Assembly (NCBI RefSeq): GCF_964355755.1
Contig: NC_092677.1
Span: 10,810,101 to 10,874,100 of the forward strand
Length of the DNA: 64,000 nucleotides
Direction of reading: 5' to 3'
From: Antedon mediterranea
Lineage: Eukaryota; Animalia; Echinodermata
Part shown: piece by piece, positions 12,301-24,754 of the stretch
Layout of the letters: every line of letters begins with the position of its first letter
Numbering within the stretch: the first letter of the stretch is position 1
Program-made: the position numbers and the translations under genes
The notes under the pieces: generated by a model
Told to the model about the DNA's origin: nothing
The model's input: the letters and a program-made list of their open reading frames with translations, nothing else
Database searches by the model: none

Positions 12301-15300
12301 TGTCAAAGCCATCCATGAAGTCCAACAAAAGAGCAACTTTAAGAACTTGCTTCTGGAGAAGAAGCTTGGAGCTCTTGCGGACACCCTAGAGAAGAAAGAA
12401 GCACAATTGAACGAGGTGCTCTCAGCATCCAACCTTGACCCAACTGCTCTGACTGTAGTCACAAGAAAACTAGAGGTACATTTTTGCTTTATACACCATA
12501 TATGAATAATGAGGTTAAATCAACTGTTAATGTAATATATGCGTATAATCTTACCCCCTAATTTTCAGCAAATTTTATATATATCAGTGGCCGTATTCAC
12601 CATTCACACTTAGGCTAAGGGAAACCTCCTATCTAAGTTAAGTGAAATAGTATGAAGGGAAATACCCCACTCTGTTTGATTAGTGAACATGGTCACCAGA
12701 CTCTGTCATACTGAACCAAGATCTGTACTCAACAACATGTCCTGTTTAAAGTATGTTTTTGTTATATCTGCCCTCTGTAGTTGAAGTTCATGTTTACGTT
12801 GTTCCTTCCTTAACATTACTGATTGATTTATTTAATTTACATACAACATTGATATAAAACACACATAATACAATTAAGCTTCCCTGCAGCTTGGCTAATC
12901 CGCTTAAAAGGTTGTTGCCTCCAAAGCTGTTGGCTCTATTAACTGCAAAGTGCATTAACACAGTAACATCATTCATAGAAGAAACAAACAAATTATTGTT
13001 TTCTTGGTAGCTTTGGTTATACAGTAAACTCTCCCACTACCGGACACCTTTAGACTGTGAATATGTCTGATTTTCCCCAGAAAGTCTGGTATTTGGAATG
13101 TGTTTTTAATGGTAAAAAAGAATTTGGGACCTGGTCTGGTTTTTGGAGAGTTTGTGATTTTTCAGAGATTCTAGTCAATTGCGAGAGTTGACTGTAGTAT
13201 AAACTAATAGTTGTAGTCACTGGATAAAGACCTACAGTATTGTATTAATTTTACATTTTACACAATCATACAAAAAAACATCTTTTCTGAAGCATTTGCG
13301 AGGTTATGGAAAGGTACTAGACCAAAAAGATCATGATTTGACAGACTGAAATTCTTTCAGTACATGGGTTTGTCCCACCAGGGAAGAGTTAACTCTTCCC
13401 TGGTCCCACTTCTATTTCCATATATACATTGTTCCTTTAACAGTGTAATTTGTACAATTTGTGTAGTGGTTTAAAAAACAGAAAGATCCCACACAAAAGC
13501 GGTTTAAAAAACCACAGACTGTGTTTGTAATTTGTTTATTTTTACAATTTTCTAGGATGTTCTTGACTCCAAGAATAGTGCAATTAAGGATCTTCAGTAT
13601 GAACTTGCTAGAGTTTGTAAGGTAAGTCATCTTCCTGATCATCTCTACCAAACATTAAAAAAAGGTTGTTACAAGTCGTGCCATAGAGTAAGGCCACTGC
13701 ACTGCATGTCCGTTTGTGGTTGTACCACATATTCCTAGAAAAATACGTAAATCAGATTTCCTTATAAATTTTAAATGATCTATGAATCTATTATGATGTA
13801 ATGTACTTAAATCATTAGAGAATATCTATCTCTCAGGGCACTCACTTTTACATAATGATGTAATAAATTAAATATACTCCGACACCTCTTTCCCCCCCCC
13901 CCATTCTTCCCCCCCATCCTCTCTCTATCTATGTGGATTATTTAGCATAAACATTGTTCCAAATTTAAAATTGAGGTTTCTTTACTATTTTATGAAATGG
14001 TGTGATAAGCAAATAGTGATTAAAATCTCAGAAGGTAAAGGGAGACCATGATGGTAAGAGAGTGAAGTGTAGGGCGAGGAAAACAAGTGAGAGGTCATGA
14101 TTAAAAGAGAGTGGAATGTAGGGTGAGGAGAAGGAGTGGGAGGTCATGATTAAAATAGAGTGGAGTGTAGGGTGAGGAGAAGGAGGTCATGATTAAAATA
14201 GAGTGGAGTGTAGGGTGAGAAGAAGGAGTGGGAGGTCATGATTAAAAGAGAATGGGGTGTAGGGTGATGAGGAGTGGAAGGTCATGATTAAAAGAGGATG
14301 GAGTGTAGGGTGAGGAAAACAAGTGGGAGGTCATGATTAAAAGAGAATGGAGTGTAGGGTGATGAGGAGTGGGAGGTCATGATTAAAAGAGGGTGGAGTG
14401 TAGGGTGAGGAAAACAAGTGGGAGATCATGATTAAAAGAGAATGGAGTGTAGGGTGATGAGGAGTGGGAGGTCATGATTAAAAGAGGGTGGAGTGTAGGG
14501 TGAGGAAAACAAGTGGGAGGTCATGATTAAAAAAGGGTGGAGTGTAGGGTGAGGAAAACAAGTGGGAGGTCATGATTAAAAGAGAAAGGAGTGTATGGTG
14601 AGGAGAAGGAGTGGGAGGTCATGATTAAAAGAGGGTGGAGTGTAGGGTGAGAAGAAGGAGTGGGAGGTCATGATTAAAAGAGTGTGGAGTGTAGGGTGAG
14701 GAAAACAAGTGGGAGGTTATGATTAAAAGAGAATGGAGTGTATGGTGAGGAGAAGGAGTGGGAGGTCATGATTAAGAGAATGGAGTGTATGGTGAGGAGA
14801 AGGAGTGGGAGGTCATGATTAAAAGAGGGTGGAGTGTAGGGTGAGGAGAAGGAGTGGGAGGTCATGGTTAAAAGAAGTTGGTTGGAGTGTAGCATGAGGA
14901 GAAGATGTAGGAAGTAGCTACACATAAGTTTTTGATTCTTTTCAGTTGTTTACAAAAAATTCAGTTTGTTTTAACAGGATGTGTTAATGCTATACTAAAT
15001 AGTATGTCTATTTTCCAAGTATTTAGATGATTTTATTTTATGATTAAACCAATAAACTACGATAAATGTGTTGTGCACGTACACAAATAAATACTACAAT
15101 GTGCTTCACACTATATGTAGAAATGTCAGTGACTTCACAGACAAAATATTCATGAGATCTTAAAGAGTTTATCACGAATATAGAAATGTATCAATGTTGA
15201 CAGGCTTCCAAAAAACATGCTTTTTAATTTTTCCGGACATTTATCCTCCCGCCATTTAAATCGTTGCCATTTAGTCTTCCCAAGTAATTGCTCATCAATC

Positions 15301-18300
15301 TCATATTCAATGTTATTGAACGTTGGTTGTCCCAGTTTCCATTGAATTCTGTGAAACGTTGATTCATTATGTACAAGTCATGTAAAAAAAATCATACCTT
15401 GATACACACAAAACTATGTAATATATATCTCTGACACTATATTTGATGTTCATCAGGTTAGCTCTGGGCTATCAATCTCTTTACTAGGGACATTGCCCCA
15501 AGTTTGATTTGTATAACAACCTTTGACATTGAATATAAATTGTTTGTAATAAGCATTAGATATGTTTACAATTGAGTAATAGTGTTGATAATATTAGCTT
15601 TTATAAATAGTTCATTACCCTAGGAGATTTGTATATATTACTTGACCTTTGACATGTTTATATTATTGGAGAGTAAAAATATCAGAACAAACAACTTCAC
15701 TTAACTTAATTTATTTCTGTGCTTTTTTTAGCAGTGAAGTAGTTGTATATAATATATCCAGATACAGAACCTCTATTTTGGGGACAACATCCCTGTTTTT
15801 ACCCCTATGCTATTGTATTTTGTAGTTTGTTGTAGGACTTCAGACACTCTTGTGTTATGGCACATTTTTGCCGTCACAACCCCTTGACTGATTGTGTTGA
15901 ATAAATAAATGAAATGAAAATGAAATGAAGGGGACAGAAGGTGTCTCCTTTCTACTTTAATCATTGGTTAATTTCTCATATCATTCAGATCTAAATTTAA
16001 TCTAAACATGTCTTCATTAAACAAACCTTTACCCTTTAAACATGTTCATCAACCTAAATCTCTATTCATCTAAAAATGTTATGTAACAGTCTATCAAGAA
16101 ATTACAGAGATAATAATGTTTTAAACATAACAGCAGAATGTTTCGTTGAATTTATGCGGCATATTCGACTTAAAGCAGCCGATTACGTCAATTGGGAGGC
16201 TTGTTCGCATTAAACGCTTTTTATTGTTTGTGTAATGTGCATAACCGAGGCAATAACTGTATCCAGGGTTGTCATCAGAATTGGATGTAATGATACTATC
16301 TAGTTGGGTTTCTCATTACAATCTCATATTTATGTTTTTGAGGAGCTGTGCAACATTATTTTTTGCATTTTCCATTAAAAATGCTTTATTATTATTATTA
16401 TTATAATTTTAAATAATCATTTTACTGTATTGTAATTGCATAATTAAAATTAGTAGTTCTTTATATTTTACAGAATATTAATTAATATAATATACAGTTA
16501 ATATATAGTTAATTATGACTTACAATGATGATGACTTGTTACCATGGCAGCAACAATCGCTATAGTGATTATCAAAAATTTCAAATCTATCAGTGTTCTA
16601 ACTTGATAAAAAGATTGACATTTAAAAATAAAATAATTAAAAATAACAGGAGCATAATAACTTCACGTTGCTCTATGTTTTTATTACGCAGTAGGTTGTT
16701 GACTCCTATCAGTGAGTCATTCTGCCTCATGTTAATGTAATTCAGGATGGCTTACGTGCAAAATCATGTGCTTTCTCTATTAGCAACTTGTTCATCGTCA
16801 GCTTCTTAAAGAAATACATAATTAATATATAAATTTTTGTTTAGGAGCTCGAGAGACCTTGAAATAGAAAAAGGTAGACGGAACAAAGTTCCACTCCAAG
16901 AACATTTATGTAAAGTTTGTAATTTAAGTTTAATCGAAGATGAAGTTCATTGTATGTTAATTTGGCCTTTTTTAGAATTCTCAGAAGCAAATAAATCCTG
17001 AAGTTTTATTGTACATTTCCATTTAAAGTTCAAACTATTAATGAACAATAACATTTTGATACAAGAGATCGAAAATTTCGTGTTTTGCGGTCACAAAAAA
17101 CAAAACTATTATGCAACATTGTAGAAATTAACTAGTTTTTACTTTTGTTGAATATAAGGCATGATGCCTATGTATGTTATGTATATTGTTTGAAGGTTTG
17201 TGAGGAGTGAGGACGAAAGCATATTGATCGAAACATCTAGAAACTCAAAAGTTCTTTTCAGAACTAATATACGTGGTGTACGGCAAACTTTATGTATGTA
17301 TGTTATGAATAAATCCATGAAAAAGGGAAATGATAAGTGAAGTTGTAGCTTGATTTGGCTACCGTTCCTAGAGTCCTAGGTTTAAGTCCAGTCATATGCC
17401 ATCCCAAAATAATTGTCAACATTTATTTAGGCCTACGGTACTTAATATACTGTACTTAATATACTGTACTTAGCATGCACAATTTAAGAAAGGGCACTAT
17501 AGCCTCTGTGTAGACCTTAAAACCAAGATAGTTGATTTGAAAAGCTCTGTCGTGTTAAAAAACTCTAGTAATTAGAAAAAGGTTGGTTCAAATCCCCAAA
17601 CTATCGTTTTCCTTGCCAGTTCTTTGTTGAAACTGAGAGTAATAAATGCAGAATGACGAAATCAAACTAGTCTGTATTACAAAGTTCAATGCATTTTAGA
17701 GTATAGTTTGTTTAAAACTTATTACATTAATGTTCTATGAAAGTAAAACTGAGAACATATTTAAGACCAATCTATTAAAATCAATGTTAGCGGCAATTGT
17801 TTTGTATTTGGTCATCAATATGCAAATGCGTATATGCGACGGTAGTCTGCTACTACGGGTTGTCCTCAGTTTCGAATCCCAGATTTTTAAATAGTAGACC
17901 TTATAATGAAATGAACTTTTTAATCCAATTTGCCGAAATCTAGGAGATGGGACACGATCTTTGCCTTATTTGGAGTGTATTTATCCATTAACACTGAGAG
18001 ACTATGAGAATTATAACAAGTTTGGCACAAAATGGTGTTTCATACTTGATTACAGACAAAAATCAAAACGCTGAATAGACTAGTACAAATCAACATAACT
18101 GATAAAGGAGATAACTATGGCATAGACTTTGGGGCCTCGGATCTTACGCGGGCTCCTGAGACCCATTAGGAACAAACAAGCATTAAAATATATCAAAAAG
18201 GCCAGTAATCTCAAGACTTGGAGGCCAGGTAGCAAGGTTACCCCACTATATTTTGTCTGATGATGGGAACACAACGTGTGTACTTATTTTGTTAAACCCT

Positions 18301-19572
18301 TATTTAAACGTACTACATTGATAATCTAACAGATCTATCTTATAATCTTGTTTTTACTAAGGAGATTATGTAGACAGGATACCCTTTGCATAAGATCAGG
18401 TATTTCAAAGGGGAATTTTCTACAATGTAATCCTACCATGGAGAGGAAAACCTGCATCATCCTACTGATATTTTGTACTCCTGTTTTTAGGGTTGTTGTT
18501 TTTTCATTTCTCTTATTGCATTCAGTGTTCTCACAATTTTGAAAGCAATTTTTTACAATTAAGTAAGATATCAAATCAAAAATATAATTTACAAGCAAAA
18601 GCTCTATCTGCACTATCACATCTTATGTGACAAAAAAAATGTGACGTGCCCATATATGGACATGATGATGTCATATCACTACCATATTTGGACACATCAC
18701 ACTTTTTTGTCAAACTTACTGTAGACTGTATTGTGTAGAGAGCTTTAGTAGTTAAAAGAAATTCTAAACCGTGATATACTGATATACTTTCCTTGAAGAT
18801 AAGGAAATCTGTGAAAATGAGAAATTACATATTTAACAAATAATTAGTGTTTAAAAAAAATTTAAATTTTTCTATTTAAATATTTATAATTTTTCAGGGG
18901 GACATTGTGTGGATATAATGAATAATTTTAATGATATTTTTTCTATTCATTGAGAAAAAGGTGTCATTCTTTTTGTCTTAACCTGCTGCTATTGTATGGC
19001 TTATTTCATATTATCTTGTCTTTGTTTAACCAGTAGGACAATGGTTCAATTGAACTATATACTTTTTGTGTGGGCTGTTGCTGGCAGATTGCCAATGATG
19101 CAATAATAAACTTTTAAAACGAAATTGTTTCCTTGTGATCATTAATTTTTAATGTCACTTCGATGTCTGTTTTGTATCCTTTATATTTTCCATTATTGCA
19201 ATAAGTACAAAGAAAAGTTATAGGGAGGAGAAGTAGGGTTGTCCAGCCATCCTCTCCTCCCCACCCCCATTTCAAAATCCTGGACCTGCCACTTAAGTAC
19301 TATTAAAACAACCACAACAGTACGTAACTCTACTATATATAACTAGTTTACATATACAGTTTTTAAATTTCTTATTTTAAATTTATCTTCTTTATTTAAT
19401 AATTTATTTTTTCTTCTTTTAGGCTCACAACGATTTGCTAAGAACTTATGAATCGAAACTTCAAACATTTGGCGTTCCAACAGAAGAACTCGGTTTTAAG
19501 CCGTTGGAAAGTACAGTTGGAGGGCAGCAGCTTGGCCAAGGGTCCGCAGGTCTTGTTGCTGCTCCAACTTAG
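6359..19572 (+). CDS. GAS8: Growth arrest-specific 8 / dynein regulatory complex subunit 4, ~488 aa, 11 coding exons
   Basis: Exons 6359-6361 (ATG only), 7058-7174, 8697-8894, 9290-9496, 9988-10042, 10416-10621, 11211-11378, 11844-11930, 12266-12475, 13556-13621, 19423-19572. All GT-AG, 1467 nt in frame. Motifs [79 protein letters not shown]. Confidence 0.96.
7255..8668. repeat. Minisatellite, variable 22-31-bp units (CAATAATACTTACAATAT(AT)nCTCA)
   Basis: Directly visible tandem array filling most of GAS8 intron 7175-8696. Confidence 0.97.
10832..10970. mobile_element. Abundant ~140-170-bp palindromic MITE (TIR AAGCTCTGTCTACACTATCAAA), representative copy
   Basis: Full or partial copies also at ~10059-10210, 10685-10750, 18599-18745, 28507-28677, 34712-34862, 34980-35020, 36038-36156, 40232-40381, 40465-40535, 47773-47885, 51854-51877, 59708-59875, 62537-62636. 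TA flanks both ends here and at 28507. Confidence 0.88.
13020..13196. mobile_element. Tc1/mariner-pogo-type MITE remnant (TA|CAGT...ACTG|TA)
   Basis: TACAGTAAACTCTC ... GAGAGTTGACTGTA termini; similar degenerate elements at ~49186-49348 and ~52600-52720. Confidence 0.6.
14040..14900. repeat. Purine-rich minisatellite, ~48-51-bp unit (GGAGGTCATGATTAAAAGAG.GTGGAGTGTAGGGTGAGGAGAAGGAGTG)
   Basis: About 16 visible tandem units in the last GAS8 intron. Confidence 0.97.
16840..16985 (+). mobile_element. Non-LTR retrotransposon C-terminal zinc-knuckle remnant
   Basis: Translates as [38 protein letters not shown], typical of the L.IE.GR...C..C...EDE.H....CP motif, with the last Cys mutated. Confidence 0.7.
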
Positions 19573-19799
19573 CAATGCTTCTCACGCCATCTCTTCACTT
19601 GTAAACACATAAAATCAATATACTGTAACATAATACCGTTAAAACCTAATAAATACAAAAAAAAAAATGTAGTGTGGAGTCTGTCAATACATTTATTATG
19701 TTAATATGAACAAATAGTATTCAAATTAAAGACCACATGGGAAAGCAAAGCTGTATTTTGAATTCATCCAGGTTGCAACAAATGGTTACTAATTATTCA

Positions 19800-20190
19800 G
19801 AGTCACATAAATAGGCAAGCTGTGTTTTTTATTTATCACTATTCCAAATCATAATAAAGTGGTCACTAATTAGAGTATGGTAACATGAGGCATGCTGTAT
19901 TTTGTATTCATTCCAAATCACAATAAAGTGGTCACTAATTAGAGTATGGTAACATGAGGCATGCTGTATTTTGTATTCATTCCAAATCACAATAAAGTGG
20001 TCACTAATTAGAGTATGCTAACATGAATAGGCATGCTGTATTTTGTATTCATTCCAAATCACAATAAAGTGGTCACTATAATTAGAGTATGGTAACATGA
20101 ATAGGCATGCTGTATTTTGTATTTATTCCAGATCACAATAATATAAAGTAGTCACTAATTACAGTACATGAATAGGCAAGCTATATTCTG
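19800..20190. repeat. Tandem repeat, ~59-63-bp unit, about 5-6 copies, downstream of GAS8 stop
   Basis: Unit ATTCCAAATCACAATAAAGTGGTCACTAATTAGAGTATGGTAACATGAGGCATGCTGTATTTTGTATTC. Confidence 0.93.
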
Positions 20191-22279
20191 TACAGTATTT
20201 ATCAAAGTCAACATGTGGTTCCTAATTAGAATCATTTTAAAAGTGTAAAAATAATATCCGTGTACAAATCTGTGAATAAATTTTAAATTGTGTTGTTGTT
20301 TTTAGTGAATAAATAATAGATATTTATACTATTAGCAGTTGTTTTTTTTTTCAACCTGTCAATCATAATGTTTTGCATAATATAAGTTTACAATCTTTTT
20401 AGATTTTTGTTTATTCAACCTACAAAATCAATGATGCTTTGTAAAAAACATTTATGGTGGTAGGCTCCATATATTTTTAGAAAAATTTGATTTGTGTGTT
20501 TTTATTTATATTTATATTGTGTTTTTGAATAGGTTTTGAAAAAAAACACCATTGATTCTATATAGAAGTGTCCTTGTTTGTATTTATATTTTTAAAATTT
20601 TCCATTTCATCATAGGAGAATTGACATAGAATACATTATTACGATTAATAATAATAGGTCAAGACTCGTTCAGAGCTTAGTCACGCTTGAATGAACCTTG
20701 AAAGACAAACGTTCCATTGACCTTCACGAGAAGCGGCACTTTGGAATTATTGTTTGATCAATTGAATCGTATTGAATTTATGCTGAAAACGTTGTCGCGA
20801 TGACGAATATCTCACCTGTTAGCTCCAACACAAAGGATTTTGGACACATTTCCATTAAAAATGTTTCGTAATCATTGAAACTGGTAGGGTCTTATAAACA
20901 TATTTAAAGACATATTTGTAAGTGGGGAGTTTTATTTTTTGAAGCGTATACTTAGAAATATTTATTTTGAGATGAGGTTTTTAACCATAAATTTATTTTT
21001 AGAAACATTCGTAAATGGGGTCGGGGATTTTATGTTACGTATTTTTAGTTGATTACTCACAATAGACCCTATACAGTACATATCGACTGACGATGACGCA
21101 CAGATGAAGTATAAAATGTCGAGAAAACGATTAATTAAAAAACTACACCCGTCCTCCCGCTAAAATGTCTACGTTTTATTTATTTCTTTTCATTACAAAA
21201 AGTATATGAAGCCTAAAACAGGAAGGTTTGGGTGCAGGGGGTATAAGGTACCTAGATTGGTATCCAGGGTCGCAATCAATAGATTTTTTTGTGCAATTAT
21301 CACACCCGCCCCCTCCCCTTGTACCCTGTATTTTATGAAGTCCTATACATTAAATCAATAATCATAGGCAACCAATATATTATTAACTCATCATCATCAA
21401 TTCTGGCTGTGCTAAAAGACGGTTTTTAATGGAAATAATGAAAATGACGAAATTTATACATCGTCAATCCCAATCAATACAATTGCATGGTCGAAGAATT
21501 CTGCATCAAAAATAAAATTTCCAAATTATTTATATATAGTAAGTATATTACGTGATAAAATCCAATCGCATGACCACTTTGTTCATTTAAAATCATCAAT
21601 AACAACAATAATAATAATTTTTTTGCAGTATTTTATTACTATTATTCTGACTTGGTCAGGTTGGATATGAGCCAAAACAATTATTTAATACAATCAAATA
21701 CCAAATGATCCTTGCTTCTTTTCAAGCAGAAATATATACCATTTGAAACTACACTTATCTTCGTGATAAATAAAAAAAAATCAATTGCAATTTGAAAACG
21801 TATTTCATCTTTTAGTTTTTAAGTTAACCCGTCATGATTATAATATTTGCAATGTACCTGGATTGGGTACGTGTTTACAATGATGGACACATCCATGGTT
21901 GATTAAAGGAAAACATGGAGGAAAACATTTCTACTCCATGATTAAACCGAGTGTCCACAATGTATTTTTCACTATTTGCTATTCATGTCCCATAACAAAA
22001 CTTTACCATCGATCCCCCTTCGATATCGTTCCTCCGTGGGAATTCATTTCTTAGTGGTTGCTAGGGTGGTGATTCAAAATTTGTGAAACGAATTCTCGGC
22101 GTGAGTCACCAGCTAAATGATGAGTTTCGTCATGTCGAATAATGTGGGTACGTGTGTTTTGATTGTAACGTCACACGTCTCTAGAAGAACGTAAATGTTC
22201 GTTTAAAAGTTCCACTGATGATATACAAATAAAAGACCGCATCAAATCTGCCGTTAACGTTTCATGATGATGATGGGTG

Positions 22280-23130
22280 TATTTATTTATTTATTTATTT
22301 ATTTGGAATTACACCTTTAGATCGGTGGCACACTTAGTACAAAGGTGCATCCTTCACAAAAACAATATAAAATATAACAATTAATGAATTACATAGAAAA
22401 GTATAAAGGCATAAACAACTATCAACCCCTATCCAGCCCCTCCCCCCCCCCACCCACCCCCAATTTAAATCGATATATACAGTAGATAATTACTTTACAC
22501 AAATGAATACAAAACAAAATATAGTAAAAGTGTATTAAATAAAATCACCTGACTAAATACAGGTTATTACGAAACCCACCAAACCCCCTCACCCACCCCT
22601 TTTCAATTTTAATGTAGCAATGTAGATAACATAGTTATTGAGTCATGGAGTTCAGTGAATCATTTCGAAATTTCCATGCTCTTTTTAGGTATCTTTTACA
22701 AAAACTATCCAAAATATTTTCACACTCGTCATCAATTAAATTATCTGAATATCCCAAAATATATTTAAGTTTGTCATTTTCATGGTAAGTATAAAAAGTA
22801 TCATAACATATCTTTGCTGCCATTTCTATACATTTCCACATATAAATTAAATAATTTCTGATTACGTATATTATTTAAAGCTGGACAATTAAGGATGAAA
22901 TGATGGATGTCTTCGTCCTAATTTGTACCGCATAATTTACATTTTTTATTATTATCAATATTCCAATTTGCAGTTCTATCATTCAAAGGTAGAGTATTTG
23001 AACGAACTTTAAATGTTAATGCAGCACCTTCAAAATTAGTTTTATCAGTTAAGTAGTTGTAATGATACAGATTATTGTATTAAGGATTTGTGGCATAACT
23101 AGACACAGACCTTGATTTTTAAAGGATGTG
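22280..23130 (-). mobile_element. 5'-truncated non-LTR retrotransposon 3' end (RTEX-like CCHC region)
   Basis: Minus strand reads FKVRSNTLPLNDRT...CKLCGTN*DEDIHHFILNCPAL, then after a frameshift YLKRAWKFRN. It ends in a (TAAA)n tail at 22280-22303. Confidence 0.75.
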
Positions 23131-24754
23131 ATGCCAGACGATTTTAAAATCTTAAACTGATTTAAAAATCAGTACGGTGTCGTCATCACCATGTATTTTG
23201 TTTCGTGATAACACAGTAGGATATACAGGATACGCCCACTGCGACGGCCTTTGAATAAAATAGGACTACAGTATATAATATCATTATTATTGTTAATTAG
23301 AGTCCAGCATTAAATAGCATTGTACTAAGTTTAATTGACAGGCACATGTCATGGGTTCGAATCTTGTTCTCATGCGTTTAAACCCTACAGTAGGCTCTCT
23401 CTGTATAAAAAGAATAGGGCCTACATATTTTTTACGTGAAACTAATTCATTCACAGTAGTCGGACTGACGAAACCCACCTATCTAGATTTCGAAATACCT
23501 ATTATGAGTCACCGATAATATTATCTATACAAAAGATTAAAATGATGTGGCGAATCAACGAATACGTACTATCTATTGTTTAACTATATTTCGCAATGTA
23601 GTGGAGGCCTAATAATTTCCTGATATTGTTCAAACGAAATGTAGTTGCTTTGATAAACCGTCATCAGTGTAGATTTTTAAGTCACAATTTAATATTAATA
23701 ATAAAGGATCTTGCTAATTTAATAAAATGTCAAAGTTTGAACGTTAGACACAAACCAACCCATTATTATCAATTATTATAATAATATTAATAATAATAAT
23801 ATTATAATACAACTAGAATTTAATAATACAATTATCTGAAAATTAGATTTTAAAACTGTATTATTACTAGCCCTAGTAACTAGTAGGCCTATAAACAATC
23901 ATTTGGACTGGATAGGCCCATGATAGTGTTGACGTTGTACATAGTAGGGCCTACAGCATTTGACCCCCTTTGTTGTGATCAAGCTCAACATAAAATTGCA
24001 CTCAGCTCAATTTATTTGTTGTTTGTGATATTGATAAACACAATTGTTTGCCAATGTAGCTTAGTAAAAGTTACGTTCTCTTTTTATCAAAGTTTCAATT
24101 ACTTTAGGCCAAAACATGAAGGTTGTTATTTCTCGAATACGGAAAACGCGACGCGGAGTGTGGCGCGAGAGAACCACCGCGAGGATGCTTTTCGTCGTTG
24201 TGTTAGTTTGCAAAACAAGCTAGGAATACCCTTTTGACGCTTTGATCTAAAAATAGCATAGTTTGTAAAGCATGAAGAAATCACTGGGAAATCCTCTGTA
24301 CATCGATGATTTGATTGGCTAAGTTTCGGTGGCTGGGAAGAAAATAGCATCAAGCGATTGGCTGATACAGCTACATGCAGCCAGAGCATGCTGTTTTTCG
24401 ACGCTTCCATTATCAATAATAGGTAATATTTTTAGATTTTTAAAGTTAATATTTAAATTAAAAACCATTTACATTAAATAAAATATAATTGCGGATACAA
24501 ATGTAATGTTAGGTATAAATTTTTGTTAACTGTTAAGTGTGGCTTATATCAACTAAATTGGTCTTAGTTTCCAGTCGGTATTATTTCCCATCAAAATTAT
24601 AGTAAGGTGGTCTCTTCTGCCTTAAAATTCGTTCACGACGATAGTCTAAAAAAAGGCCTGTAAACAGGAGTTCGTTTTATGTGCTTAGCTTTTCATGATT
24701 ATATTTTAGATGTCGTTTGAAAAATACGCACATTTTTCGCATGCTACTGGCAAG

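Noticed and set aside
14674-14925. Repetitive 83-aa minus-strand ORF
   Set aside because: Translation of the minisatellite.
7255-20190. Tandem arrays as CRISPR-like loci
   Set aside because: No unique spacers, no cas genes, eukaryotic intron context.
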